The position numbers and the translations under genes are program-made. A DNA stretch of 64,000 nucleotides. Origin: Candidatus Poribacteria bacterium. Lineage in GTDB: Bacteria > Poribacteria > WGA-4E > PCPOR2b. Below are positions 39,436 through 49,682 of this stretch, in pieces (within the stretch, counting starts at the first letter, position 1; each line of letters begins with the position of its first letter). The notes below the pieces were generated by a model that saw only the letters and a list, made by a program, of their open reading frames with translations, ran no database searches and had not been told where the DNA came from. The stretch covers positions 4,416,001 to 4,480,000 of the forward strand of contig OZ220744.1 of the NCBI GenBank assembly GCA_965116925.1, written 5' to 3'.

Positions 39436-40470
39436 ATGCCCAGAGAACTCATTGCTGTTGCACCACGGACACCTGTGCTTCGTGAATACGAGGAGCCATC
39501 ACTCAATTCCGGAGAAGTGCGTCTGAGAAGCATCTTTTCTGCCCCCAAACACGGATCAGAACTTCGCGGCTACCGTGCCGAAACGAAAGACCATACATCC
39601 CCTTTTGAGTGGGAACGGCGGATGCATGTCGGAGAAGGGGGTCCCCCGAAATTTCCAACGCGGTTGGGTAACATGACAATCGGCGAAGTGATTGAAGTCG
39701 GTGAAAATGCCACCCGTTTTCAGATAGGGGATCGCGTTTTCGGACACCTGCCTATCCGTGAAACACACACCGTCCACGAAGAGCGTTTAGACGAAGTCCC
39801 AGATAAGATGTCATCTGAAGCGATTGTGTATTTGGATCCGGCAGGTGTCGCACTCAGTCCGGTGCGGGATGCCAAAATCGGTCTCGGCGATCGTGTGGCG
39901 GTATTTGGGCTTGGCGCAATCGGACAGATGGCGGTACAGATCGCACGGCTTCAAGGCGCACGGTGGATCGCCGCAACCGACCCAATTCCGGTCCGCCGCG
40001 AGCTTGCCAAACGTCACGGTGCAGATGTGGTTATCGATCCAATCGCTGAAGACGCTGGACTAGTCATCAAAGACCTAACAGACAAAGTTGGCGTTGATGT
40101 CTCCTTAGAGACAAGTGGCATTTATGGCGCACTAAACGATGCGCTGCGCGCCACAGGTTACATGGGAACCATCGTCTCTTCGGCGTATTACACAGGAGAC
40201 GCCCGTGGATTAAGCCTTGAAGGGGAGTGGCACCGAAATCGGTTGAAAATGATTTCGACCCGTGATGTGAGCCAACCCATCCCTGGTCACCCTTTGTGGG
40301 ACACACAGCGGCTGCATACGGAGGCATTCGCACTGTTGCAGGAAGGACGCCTTTCGGTAGAAGGTTTGGTTCATCCGATTGTCCCGTTCAATGAGTCCGC
40401 GGAAGCCTATCGTGACATCGATGAAGCACCGGAGAAAAGCATCAAGTTGGGTGTGATTTATGAAATCTAA
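39436..40470 (+). CDS. Medium-chain dehydrogenase (zinc-binding ADH-like family, canonical Zn cysteines not evident)
   Basis: GEVIEVG..GDRV, GLGAIG, GVDVSLETSG. Confidence 0.85.
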   Translation: MPRELIAVAPRTPVLREYEEPSLNSGEVRLRSIFSAPKHGSELRGYRAETKDHTSPFEWERRMHVGEGGPPKFPTRLGNMTIGEVIEVGENATRFQIGDRVFGHLPIRETHTVHEERLDEVPDKMSSEAIVYLDPAGVALSPVRDAKIGLGDRVAVFGLGAIGQMAVQIARLQGARWIAATDPIPVRRELAKRHGADVVIDPIAEDAGLVIKDLTDKVGVDVSLETSGIYGALNDALRATGYMGTIVSSAYYTGDARGLSLEGEWHRNRLKMISTRDVSQPIPGHPLWDTQRLHTEAFALLQEGRLSVEGLVHPIVPFNESAEAYRDIDEAPEKSIKLGVIYEI

Positions 40471-40484
40471 AAGGAGATAGCAAA

Positions 40485-41660
40485 ATGTCTGAACGCAAAA
40501 AAATTGCAGCAATCATTACCGAGTATCGTCCGGGGTCGCACGCCGATGTAATCGTTACCAAGTTCCTGAAAGGGATTCCCACAGACGATGGGTTGATCCA
40601 GCCGCGTGTCGATATTGCATCGATGTATGTCGATCAGTTCCCTGAAAACGATCTGAGTCGCGGCTTCGCCGCAGCACATAATGTGCCGATATATCCGAGT
40701 ATCGTCAAGGCGTTGACACTCGGCGGAAGCGAGCTCGCTGTCGATGGTGTCCTCCTGATCGGAGAGCACGGCGACTACGCCTGGAACGAAAAAGACCAAC
40801 AACTCTATCCGCGCAAATACTTCATGGAGCAGATCTGCGGCGTTTTTTCAACAAGCGGCAGAGGTGTCCCTGTCTTTAATGACAAACACCTCTCCTATAA
40901 CTGGCATGACGCTAAATGGATGTTTGACCGTGCGGCGCAGCTCGGTGCCCCGTTCATGGCGGGCTCATCGCTGCCTTTCGGTTATCGAAACCCGTGGTTG
41001 GAGCACCCGTTGGACGCGCCAATCACAGAGGCAGTCTCGATCGGCTATTCGGGACTCGACATCTACGGTTTTCATACGCTAGAAACACTTCAGTGTATGG
41101 TCGAGCGGCGGGTTGGTGGGGAAACCGGCGTCGCTGCGGTGACCTGCCTGGAAGGTGATGCGGTATGGAAAGCGGGAAAAGCCGGAGCATGGTGGCGGGA
41201 AATAGCGGAGGCTGCTTGCGCGCCAATTGAGAATAAACCGTCCGGAGCTATGGAAGATCACTGCGAAAATCCCGCGCTTTTTCTGCTAGAATATCGGGAC
41301 GGTTTCCGCGGTGCTGCCCTAATGCTGAACGGTTATGTAACAGACCTAGCTTACGCGGGACGGGTCGGTGGTGAGATCTACGGCTCAGAATTCTATCTAC
41401 ACGGGGATCCACACCCACACTTCAGCTACCTCAGTTTGAATATCGAAGAGATGTTCGTCACCGGGGTGCCAACCTATCCAGTCGAACGGACATTGCTTAC
41501 ATCGGGCGTGTTGGAAGCCGCTCTGGACTCACGCCATCAAGGTTATATCCGTCTCGAAACGCCACATCTTGATATCGCATACCGATCCTACGATTCAATT
41601 CCGTGGCGTCCAACGGGACCGCGTCCTGTCGGTGCATCACTGGAACCGCTACCCGAATAA
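40485..41660 (+). CDS. Conserved hypothetical protein, Gfo/Idh/MocA-like fold
   Basis: DGVLLIGEHGDY, VFNDKHL, MAGSSLP, YGFHTLE. Confidence 0.65.
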   Translation: MSERKKIAAIITEYRPGSHADVIVTKFLKGIPTDDGLIQPRVDIASMYVDQFPENDLSRGFAAAHNVPIYPSIVKALTLGGSELAVDGVLLIGEHGDYAWNEKDQQLYPRKYFMEQICGVFSTSGRGVPVFNDKHLSYNWHDAKWMFDRAAQLGAPFMAGSSLPFGYRNPWLEHPLDAPITEAVSIGYSGLDIYGFHTLETLQCMVERRVGGETGVAAVTCLEGDAVWKAGKAGAWWREIAEAACAPIENKPSGAMEDHCENPALFLLEYRDGFRGAALMLNGYVTDLAYAGRVGGEIYGSEFYLHGDPHPHFSYLSLNIEEMFVTGVPTYPVERTLLTSGVLEAALDSRHQGYIRLETPHLDIAYRSYDSIPWRPTGPRPVGASLEPLPE

Positions 41661-41731
41661 TTTCTTTTTTGGTTGGACATCAAACGAGGACTAGCGGTAT
41701 TTCGCACTGGCACACAGCAACTTCCACGAAG

Positions 41732-43780
41732 CTATTGAAACGGCACCGGAATCGTCTCCCCATGCCACGGGAAAGCATAGCTCGGATCATTCACGAAGCG
41801 ACGCATGCCGACCTCTAGCCGGACAGAGGTTGAAGGTGGAAGCTCGACTGCAAAATACTTCCCATTGACCGGGGTTTCTTTTCCCGCGTATTCCCGTTCC
41901 GACCGGAGCCATAGATAGGGATTCTGATGTAACTCCTCTTGACTCATCTCTCGGTATTTGAGCCCGGTAAACTGATGTTCTCCGAAAGCACCCGCCTGCA
42001 CGATAGTGTTTCGCGTTTCAGTCGTGCTAAGGTTCACCAACTGAATTCCAACACCATCTGATGCTAATTTGTCGACAAGAGCGGCGACATCTCTCGGCAA
42101 GCCCGGGCGAGCGTTGTCCCGATCATAATAGCGTACAGTCGCTCGGAGGAGTCCACCGTTGTAAACCGATTGCGGTGCACCCATCGTAAGTTGTGTCAGT
42201 CCTTTCGTGAAAACCGGGTTCGGCGGAAAGAAATTCGTTGTAACAATTTCTTCTACGGTACGATCATCAAGACGAATTTTGTCGAAAGCCTCCAATGCCC
42301 ATCGGTATTCCGCACTCAATATCTTCTCGGGCCAATTGGGATTTAACCCATCGTAATATTGAAAACGGGCAAACTCTGTTTCGCCGCCATTCTTTTCGCC
42401 ACCCCTGTCTCCAATTTCATTCCAATCGCGCTCGACCTCCCCATCTCGTATCTTCGTAATCAGTTCATAGTCTTCTGTAGACATTGAGGCATGATATAGG
42501 TGGGCAAGTTCCTGCATCCGCCACGGAATTGGTCCTGTGTAGACACCTCTCTTGGGCAGGATGTCATCATTTGAGGGACCGACGGGCGGATCATAGCACC
42601 AACCATCGGGACCGTATCGCGTCGGCATGATAAGCTGACCATCTTCCCGTGTTATCGAATTCTCCAACAGCAGCTGAATCTGTGAGCGGAGAAGTTCGAG
42701 ATAACCGTAGTCCCCGGTGAGCAGTAAGGCACATTCTGCGGCGATGGTAAGTGAGTGAAACATGATATTATAGCCCTGATAGTGGTTCCAACCATACTGT
42801 CCACCCCACCACCCACCGTTGCGGTGCTCACCAATCTTTCCGGTAGGCCCCACATTGTCAGGCATAATCCCGTTATTGCGACGCATCCGATCCAGCCAAG
42901 CCTCCGTGTATTCCAATACCCACCGCTTGTACTTCTCATCGCCTGTATACAGGTAAGCATTGGTAACGAGCGCGGTAGCACCCAAACTATTGGGAGTGTC
43001 GGCCTGTAAGACCATCTTCTCGAACAGTTCGACAATCTCTTCCCTACGCTTTGGATCTTCATACCAATTCAGTTCAAGGTCTTCGACGATTGGATAAAGA
43101 CTCGCACGCACACCGTAATAGTTGACCTCCCCGCCTAGATATCTTCCGGCGAGCAGCATGGTGTTCACGAAATTCGCATCTGCATGTAATCTCGGTCCCT
43201 GACTAGAATGAAATGGAGATCGAAGGATCTTATGCTCAGGGTCGTAATTGGGGGCTTCCGGATCTTCACCGATGAACATCGCAGCAAATCTTCGTGCCCG
43301 ACGGACATTCTCCGAAACCGTAGGACAAGCAACGCCGAAATCGTAGAACGCCATGTTGCCCTCACCGAGATGATGCCACTCCGTAGATTGCGCCAGATTC
43401 CAGAACTCATTGTACATCGACGGTCTGAACACTTTTGTAAAATCATTGTGTCGAAGGCGATGATTGAAGCTGTCATCACTAATTCGGGTCGACGCGTTCC
43501 AGCCCTGTAGCGCAAGGTTGAGTAGGCTCTCATCGGCACCGATGGCGTAGAACAGACACCAATTGTAGAACTGTTCGTACAAATCGTCGAAATCTTCGGC
43601 GAAGTAAAGGGCACCCCCCGGCTCCGTATACTTCTTGAACATCACGGGGGCAGCTTCCTCCATGAGGTCAATCAGGTTACGCTCCATCAACGCCCATCCG
43701 GGTGGCGCAGAGATATTAGTCGCCTTGATGGAAACCATTTCAGGCATAGAGACTCCATTTGTGGAAACGTTCGTCGTCAT
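41732..43780 (-). CDS. Large Trp/Tyr-rich hypothetical protein, possible alpha/alpha-barrel enzyme
   Basis: 682-aa ORF, AAGGAG RBS, DDLYE.FYNW, EWHHLGEG, PDNVG. Confidence 0.6.
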   Translation of the reverse strand: MTTNVSTNGVSMPEMVSIKATNISAPPGWALMERNLIDLMEEAAPVMFKKYTEPGGALYFAEDFDDLYEQFYNWCLFYAIGADESLLNLALQGWNASTRISDDSFNHRLRHNDFTKVFRPSMYNEFWNLAQSTEWHHLGEGNMAFYDFGVACPTVSENVRRARRFAAMFIGEDPEAPNYDPEHKILRSPFHSSQGPRLHADANFVNTMLLAGRYLGGEVNYYGVRASLYPIVEDLELNWYEDPKRREEIVELFEKMVLQADTPNSLGATALVTNAYLYTGDEKYKRWVLEYTEAWLDRMRRNNGIMPDNVGPTGKIGEHRNGGWWGGQYGWNHYQGYNIMFHSLTIAAECALLLTGDYGYLELLRSQIQLLLENSITREDGQLIMPTRYGPDGWCYDPPVGPSNDDILPKRGVYTGPIPWRMQELAHLYHASMSTEDYELITKIRDGEVERDWNEIGDRGGEKNGGETEFARFQYYDGLNPNWPEKILSAEYRWALEAFDKIRLDDRTVEEIVTTNFFPPNPVFTKGLTQLTMGAPQSVYNGGLLRATVRYYDRDNARPGLPRDVAALVDKLASDGVGIQLVNLSTTETRNTIVQAGAFGEHQFTGLKYREMSQEELHQNPYLWLRSEREYAGKETPVNGKYFAVELPPSTSVRLEVGMRRFVNDPSYAFPWHGETIPVPFQ

Positions 43781-43898
43781 CCTTCACTCCTTATTGGAAA
43801 CCGTATTCCGAATTCGTAATTGATTGGCTGGAAGCCACGAGTCAGCTCCAGAAAGAACTGGTACTTGTGTGCCTGCTCAAGCTGCATCATTGAATCAT

Positions 43899-44663
43899 CT
43901 ACCAAGCAACCCAACCACCATCAACAGCGATGGTTTGTCCCGTCACCCAGTTGGCAGCGTCCGAAGCGAGATACAGCACTGCGCCAACAACCTCTTCGAC
44001 CTCACCGACCCGTCCCATCGGAATGCGACGTACAACATCATCATAAAACTCCTTGCGCTTTAGGAGCTCATTGGCAAGCGGCGTCCGTGTAAACGCAGGC
44101 GCAACAGTATTCACCGTTACGTTGTGTGGTGCCCATTCGACCGCGAGTCCTTTTGTCAATGCCACAACCCCACCTTTGCTGCCGGAGTAAATCGTTCGTA
44201 ACGGACCACCCACCAACGCCATCGTTGAGGTGATGTTGATGATTTTTCCGCTTTCCCGTTCAATCATCGGTTTCACGAGCGTCTGTGTGAGGAAAAATAA
44301 TCCCTTGAGATTCAAGTCGTAAACAGTGTCCCAATCGTCCTCAGTTACTTCAAGTGCAGGCTTCGGGCGGTTCGTACCAGCGTTATTGACAAGAACATCA
44401 ACCCGTCCCCAGACATCGATCGCCTCTTGTGCACCGCGTTCAATTTCATCCATTTTGCTCGCATCGAAAACGACGGGTTCAGCGTTACCGCCCGCTGCCC
44501 GTATCTCTTCCGCAACCTCTTCGAGATCTGAGAGCGTCCGGCTATTCAGAATTACATCAGCACCCATCTGTGCCGCAGCGAGTGCGAGACCTCGACCGAT
44601 GCCTTTACCTGCACCTGTAACTAACATCACCTTACCGTTAAGATCAAATCCGGGAAACCCCAT
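43899..44663 (-). CDS. Short-chain dehydrogenase/reductase
   Basis: TGAGKGIG, NNAG, YSGSK. Confidence 0.93.
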   Translation of the reverse strand: MGFPGFDLNGKVMLVTGAGKGIGRGLALAAAQMGADVILNSRTLSDLEEVAEEIRAAGGNAEPVVFDASKMDEIERGAQEAIDVWGRVDVLVNNAGTNRPKPALEVTEDDWDTVYDLNLKGLFFLTQTLVKPMIERESGKIINITSTMALVGGPLRTIYSGSKGGVVALTKGLAVEWAPHNVTVNTVAPAFTRTPLANELLKRKEFYDDVVRRIPMGRVGEVEEVVGAVLYLASDAANWVTGQTIAVDGGWVAW

Positions 44664-44735
44664 AATAAACCTCCATTTTTGTATGATGCGTAATACGCGA
44701 ATTCAAACGTTGAACCTATCCATCAACTGATAAAC

Positions 44736-45683
44736 CTATTTCTCTTGTTGAGCCAAGGCTAACTTCAATGTGTTTTCTAATAGCATCGCGCGTGTCATCG
44801 GACCGACGCCACCGGGGACAGGTGTGATAAAGCCGGCAACCTCCTTGACACCCTCATAATCAATATCACCGACAAAACCATTCTCAGCGATAGTAATTCC
44901 CACATCAATCACGACCGCCCCCGGTTTTACCATATCCGCCGTAATCAGCTGGGGTCTGCCGGCTGCTGCAATCAAAATGTCTCCTTGCCGGGTTTCCGAT
45001 GCAAGCTCGCGAGTCCTCGTGTGGCAGTAGGTGACCGTCGCATTACGGTTGAGCAGCATCAACCCGACAGGTTTGCCAACTAGGCTGCTGCGCCCCACAC
45101 AAACCGCATGACTCCCTTCGATCTCCACACCTATTGATTCGATGAGGCGGATAATTCCTGCCGGCGTGCACGGAACAGTCTGTTCACGGTTGATGAGGAG
45201 ATTGCCTAAGTTCACAAGGGTCAACCCATCGGCGTCCTTTGCAGGCACGATTGTGTTGATAATAGCGTCTCCATCAATAGAATCAGGAACTGGCATTTGA
45301 GCAATAATTCCGTGTATATCCTCACGACCGTTCAACGTGTGAATCTGCTCTATGACCGCTGCCTGCGGCGTCTCCGCCGGCATTCGATGTACCTCCGAAT
45401 GAAAGCCAACATATTGACAATCTTTCTCCTTGTTACTGACATAGACCGTCGAAGCGGGATCGTTTCCAACTTGGACCACTGCAAGTCCGGGGGTAAATTT
45501 CAGTTTCTTCACTTGGCGTCGAATTTCGCGCCGAACAGATCTGGCGAGCTGTTTTCCATCAATAATTTTCGCCCCGATTTCATCGGGATCCAGAGCAACT
45601 GGCAATCGTGAACCCTCCCCATCAAGTGATGTAATATTTGCAAAAATGCTTCTTTCGTTCAAAGTTATTGCTGAATTTTGCAA
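44736..45683 (-). CDS. folD: Methylenetetrahydrofolate dehydrogenase/cyclohydrolase
   Basis: KDADG, PCTPAG, GRS.LVGKP, TPVPGGVGPMT. Confidence 0.96.
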   Translation of the reverse strand: MQNSAITLNERSIFANITSLDGEGSRLPVALDPDEIGAKIIDGKQLARSVRREIRRQVKKLKFTPGLAVVQVGNDPASTVYVSNKEKDCQYVGFHSEVHRMPAETPQAAVIEQIHTLNGREDIHGIIAQMPVPDSIDGDAIINTIVPAKDADGLTLVNLGNLLINREQTVPCTPAGIIRLIESIGVEIEGSHAVCVGRSSLVGKPVGLMLLNRNATVTYCHTRTRELASETRQGDILIAAAGRPQLITADMVKPGAVVIDVGITIAENGFVGDIDYEGVKEVAGFITPVPGGVGPMTRAMLLENTLKLALAQQEK

Positions 45684-45920
45684 CGCGTTATTATATCATA
45701 TCTTGTGCCGCGTATCTATTATTTCTTTGATGTAAAGGTAGACTGATGTGTTCACCTATCGGAAATCCCTTGCAACGTAAAACATGAAGAAAGAAAAGGA
45801 TCGCGTAAACAAAGAGACAATAAGGCAAGTTAGACTCAAAAAACATCAACGTAATTCTTAATCCAAAGGCTCTGACTACTTCTGCGCTATCACGCCTCTT
45901 TTGGCTCCCGGTATCTGTTC

Positions 45921-48900
45921 ATGGGGAAACTTTTCGTAACGTCGTATTTCTTACTCATTGGCATTTTCATTTTCGTGCCTTATACCGCAAAGTCCGAGGG
46001 CGACCCGCTCCAATTGCCACCCCTTTCCCTTTTGCAGAAAACCGAATCTACCCGATTCAAAGATCTTCCTGATTCTTTTATTCTAAAGCATTGGCCCCCC
46101 ATCCGTGACAGTGAACGCGTAACAATTAACGGTGTGCGACTCACCAAAAACTTGGATTATCTCATCGATTACGGCGCGGGAACGCTCAGGTTCCTGAAGG
46201 ACTACCCTCCCGAAGCCACCGTTCAAATTACCTACCGGGCTTTGCCCTTCGCAATCAAAAAGGGGTATAAACGAGATCTCTTTCGACAAGATCAACCGTT
46301 GGAGCAACCGTCTAGTGAAATCAAACTTGAACCCCGTCCAGATCTGCCCCGACAACGTCCACCGGAATCAGCACTGCCTCCAGTGCAGGTGACAGGGACT
46401 CACACATTCGGTGTCTCGGCTGGCAGCAATAGAGCATTGTCCCCGGAACGAGCCTTGCGAATCAGTGTTGACGGCAAAGTTTCGGAGAATGTCAGTGTCA
46501 CAGCACTGCTTTCAGACCAAGACCTGCCCATCCAACCTGAAGGCACAACCGAAGATATTCAAGATATAGATCAGAAACTCATCCGCATCACAAGTCCACA
46601 TGTCACGGGATTGTTGGGTGATTTTGAGGGATCGCTTGGCGATACGGATATATTCTTTAATCGTGCGCTAGAGGGGGTGCAGGTCTCAGGAGATTTTAAG
46701 TGGGGAAAATTTCATCTCATACCGAGTGCTATCCCCAAGGGGCAGTCTGCCAGCAAGACAATTAGGGGCGAGGAGGGACGCAGCGAATATCGCATTGATG
46801 CCAATGGTGAGTTTGTCATCGTGAAAGCGGGCACCGAAATTGTTTGGTTGAACGGTCAACGGATGCGGCGTGGAGAAAACAATGATTACGTGATCCGTGA
46901 CTACGGCGATCCTATTATTGAATTCACAAGCAAACACTTAATCACAAGTAACGATGTAATCCGCGTCGATTTTGAATATATCCCCGAAGACTTGGCGTAT
47001 CAGCGAAATCTACAAGGCGTCAGCGGTGTGCTGAATCTGCCCGGCGAGCGTGTCACGGTTGGATTCGGCTACGCTGTTGAATCGGATCTAAATGATCCGG
47101 AAAATGCGTTCATTATTATAAATGAAGGGGAGTTTGAGGCACTTCAGCGAAACGAGTTGGACGCAGACGGGGCTGGCAACCTCCTCATCGCGCCACAGCG
47201 ACGCACCGTATGGGACATCAGCGGACGCCTCGATTTCACCGAAAGTCAAGGTTTCCTACAACACGCCCCGACACTGGAAGGACAGATTGCTTTCGGCGCA
47301 TTGGATCAGAACACTTTCTCCAACCGAGATCGTAAAACACTGAGTAGAGCTTGGAAACTCCTCGCCAACTCATCAACCGAGAAGTTGCTATTGAATCTGG
47401 AACTCCGATCTCTCGATGCGGACTTCGTACCTGTCGGCGCGTCGAGCACCAACCGCACACGGTTTCGATACGAGGAACAGTACACCGATGAACAGTTCGA
47501 CGACCTGTATCTATTGGGTGACGTGGGTACAGCCCAAACCCCCGATGAAAAGGCCGTAGATCTCGACCTACAGGTAAAGCCGGTCACTTGGCTCAAACTC
47601 GATTACGGCTTAGGACGCACAGAGGAACGTTTCAAGAAATCAACAAATCAGCAAAGTCTCAACGGTTTCGATACAGCTACCCCACTCGCCGATGTTACCC
47701 TTCGCAACAATCTCAACGGCGGATTTGATTTCAATCCACGGGAAGGACTGATGAAACGCCCATACCTCCCCCGCCTCAGAGGCGATTATCGAAGGAGCAC
47801 CTCGAAAGTCAGGGGACAAGACCAATTCCGTAAAGCCCGTAGACATGGACAACTCTCCCAACGCATTCTCCTGCTTAATCTAAACGCCTCCATCGAACAG
47901 TTGGAAGCAATTGACCTCGATTTCGACGATAACGTGAACCTCAACCGAAAACGAAATATTTCAACGGGACGGCTCGATCTTGTCGACTTTCGGTGGGTAT
48001 CAATTAACACGAAATACGCGATCGAAAGGGCTTTCGATAAAGAACCTCTACTCACCCTTGATGGAAAGGCATTAGGCTTCTCGGATTGGCAGCAGGAGAC
48101 GAGCGCGAGGACCTGGACGGCGGGTCTCTTTTCTCAGCCGCGCAAGTGGGCAAACGTCTCGACCAATATCTCCCGGCGGGTGTTCAAAGCGGAGCGAGAA
48201 TCAAACTCCGACTCAAAGACACAGTTGGCGGATATTGAAATGCGCCTCACGCCATTCAACCGCGCATTGGACGGGCAGCTCACCTATGAACTCGACAAGA
48301 AATTGGCGACAGAACGACGCGAAATCTTCACAAACATAAATCCGTTTACAGGACGGGAAATTAAGCCGGGTGAAGGACATTACGTCAAAATTGACGATCT
48401 GCATTACAGAGAAGATTTCGAGGAGGGTGACTATATCAAATTCATCCAGAATGTCGAGGACAAGCCCGTTTCTGCAATTGATATGAAGTTGAGCCTGCGT
48501 TTTCAGCCCCGACGCTTCACGTCGCGTCGGAGGAGTAACGTAACCACGAGCTCCAAGCAAACCGAAACACAGAGAAACTTAGTATGGTTAGCAAATGCTA
48601 TTCGCGGTCAGGCTGTTATCAATATAACCGAAGAACAGGAAGATCCAGATCCAGCAAGTCTTTATCTGTTGCGTAATCTGCGAAACGAACGCACAATTTT
48701 TGGGAGAGTCAACCAGCGGTATCGACTCGACTTTTCCCCATCGCCGCTATTGAGTCTAGACCTCGGATATGATACCAATCGTCTCCTCAACAAGCGAATT
48801 AATAACAGGGAACGACGACGACATAGCCGGGATTGGGAGGTGGACTTAACGCTGAACCCAACATCGAAACTCTCATTCAAGACAAAATGGGAACAGCGGC

Positions 48901-49373
48901 GGGAAGATGAACAGTTTACTGAACTCGATCCAGACGGGAACGCATCAGAAGCGATTTCCGATCTGACGCAGTTTGAGCGCACAAACACGCTTGAATGCAA
49001 CTATGAACTCAGTCGTGTTTTGCAGTTTGGCGTTGCCGGCAGCCACGAATCTACTGCCGATCGTGAACATCTTGATGACACGCCGGAAGCCCGAACCCGA
49101 ACTTTCTCGTTGGAAAATCGGCTAACCTATTCCTTTATCAACAAAGGCCGATTTGATTTTACCTATCGACTCAATCACGGAAGCAGCGAGGGCGGGATAC
49201 CTTTCACACGATATAACTTCTACGAAGGGGTGAGCCACGAAGTCCGTATCACTGCGGATTATAAAGTTCGGAAGGTCACAGATCTGCTACTACGATTCAA
49301 TTATCGCCTGCTTTCAACGAAACAGACCAAACCAGAGCACCGGGTGGGGATGGAAGTCGTAGCGGAGTTGTAA
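45921..49373 (+). CDS. Very large exported beta-rich outer-membrane protein (SprA-like motifs, tentative)
   Basis: Signal peptide, DYLIDY..G and GTE.V.LNG..RG..NDY motifs, LSDQDLPIQPEG, many amphipathic strands. Confidence 0.65.
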   Translation: MGKLFVTSYFLLIGIFIFVPYTAKSEGDPLQLPPLSLLQKTESTRFKDLPDSFILKHWPPIRDSERVTINGVRLTKNLDYLIDYGAGTLRFLKDYPPEATVQITYRALPFAIKKGYKRDLFRQDQPLEQPSSEIKLEPRPDLPRQRPPESALPPVQVTGTHTFGVSAGSNRALSPERALRISVDGKVSENVSVTALLSDQDLPIQPEGTTEDIQDIDQKLIRITSPHVTGLLGDFEGSLGDTDIFFNRALEGVQVSGDFKWGKFHLIPSAIPKGQSASKTIRGEEGRSEYRIDANGEFVIVKAGTEIVWLNGQRMRRGENNDYVIRDYGDPIIEFTSKHLITSNDVIRVDFEYIPEDLAYQRNLQGVSGVLNLPGERVTVGFGYAVESDLNDPENAFIIINEGEFEALQRNELDADGAGNLLIAPQRRTVWDISGRLDFTESQGFLQHAPTLEGQIAFGALDQNTFSNRDRKTLSRAWKLLANSSTEKLLLNLELRSLDADFVPVGASSTNRTRFRYEEQYTDEQFDDLYLLGDVGTAQTPDEKAVDLDLQVKPVTWLKLDYGLGRTEERFKKSTNQQSLNGFDTATPLADVTLRNNLNGGFDFNPREGLMKRPYLPRLRGDYRRSTSKVRGQDQFRKARRHGQLSQRILLLNLNASIEQLEAIDLDFDDNVNLNRKRNISTGRLDLVDFRWVSINTKYAIERAFDKEPLLTLDGKALGFSDWQQETSARTWTAGLFSQPRKWANVSTNISRRVFKAERESNSDSKTQLADIEMRLTPFNRALDGQLTYELDKKLATERREIFTNINPFTGREIKPGEGHYVKIDDLHYREDFEEGDYIKFIQNVEDKPVSAIDMKLSLRFQPRRFTSRRRSNVTTSSKQTETQRNLVWLANAIRGQAVINITEEQEDPDPASLYLLRNLRNERTIFGRVNQRYRLDFSPSPLLSLDLGYDTNRLLNKRINNRERRRHSRDWEVDLTLNPTSKLSFKTKWEQRREDEQFTELDPDGNASEAISDLTQFERTNTLECNYELSRVLQFGVAGSHESTADREHLDDTPEARTRTFSLENRLTYSFINKGRFDFTYRLNHGSSEGGIPFTRYNFYEGVSHEVRITADYKVRKVTDLLLRFNYRLLSTKQTKPEHRVGMEVVAEL

Positions 49374-49634
49374 CTAAAGTTAGTACAATTTTTAGGTAAA
49401 AAAAGGCAGAAAAGAGGTTATCCTTTCAGAAATCACCACAATTTTGAAAGGAGACTTAAATGAACCTCATACTTCTGCCTCAGCCATATTTTAACCTGCT
49501 TTCGTCCGTTATTCAACTGTCAAAACTTCGCCTTGTTCTGCACCTTCATTTTGTGGCTTATCGCTCACCGGCATCAAGCGACTCTCACTGAGATTTATCA
49601 AGCCGTTCTCCCCAAGAGCGGATACAGTTCATCG
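49373..49634 (+). mobile_element. Second, frameshifted copy of the IS remnant at 28593-28878, ending at a REP (49635-49662)
   Basis: Identical leader ACTAAAGTTAGTACAATTTTTAGG..GAAAGGAGACTTAAATG; +1 base after codon 4. Confidence 0.75.
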
Positions 49635-49682
49635 GTAGGGAACGCACATCTGCGTTCCTTACATCAACGACTCCAAGATTGC

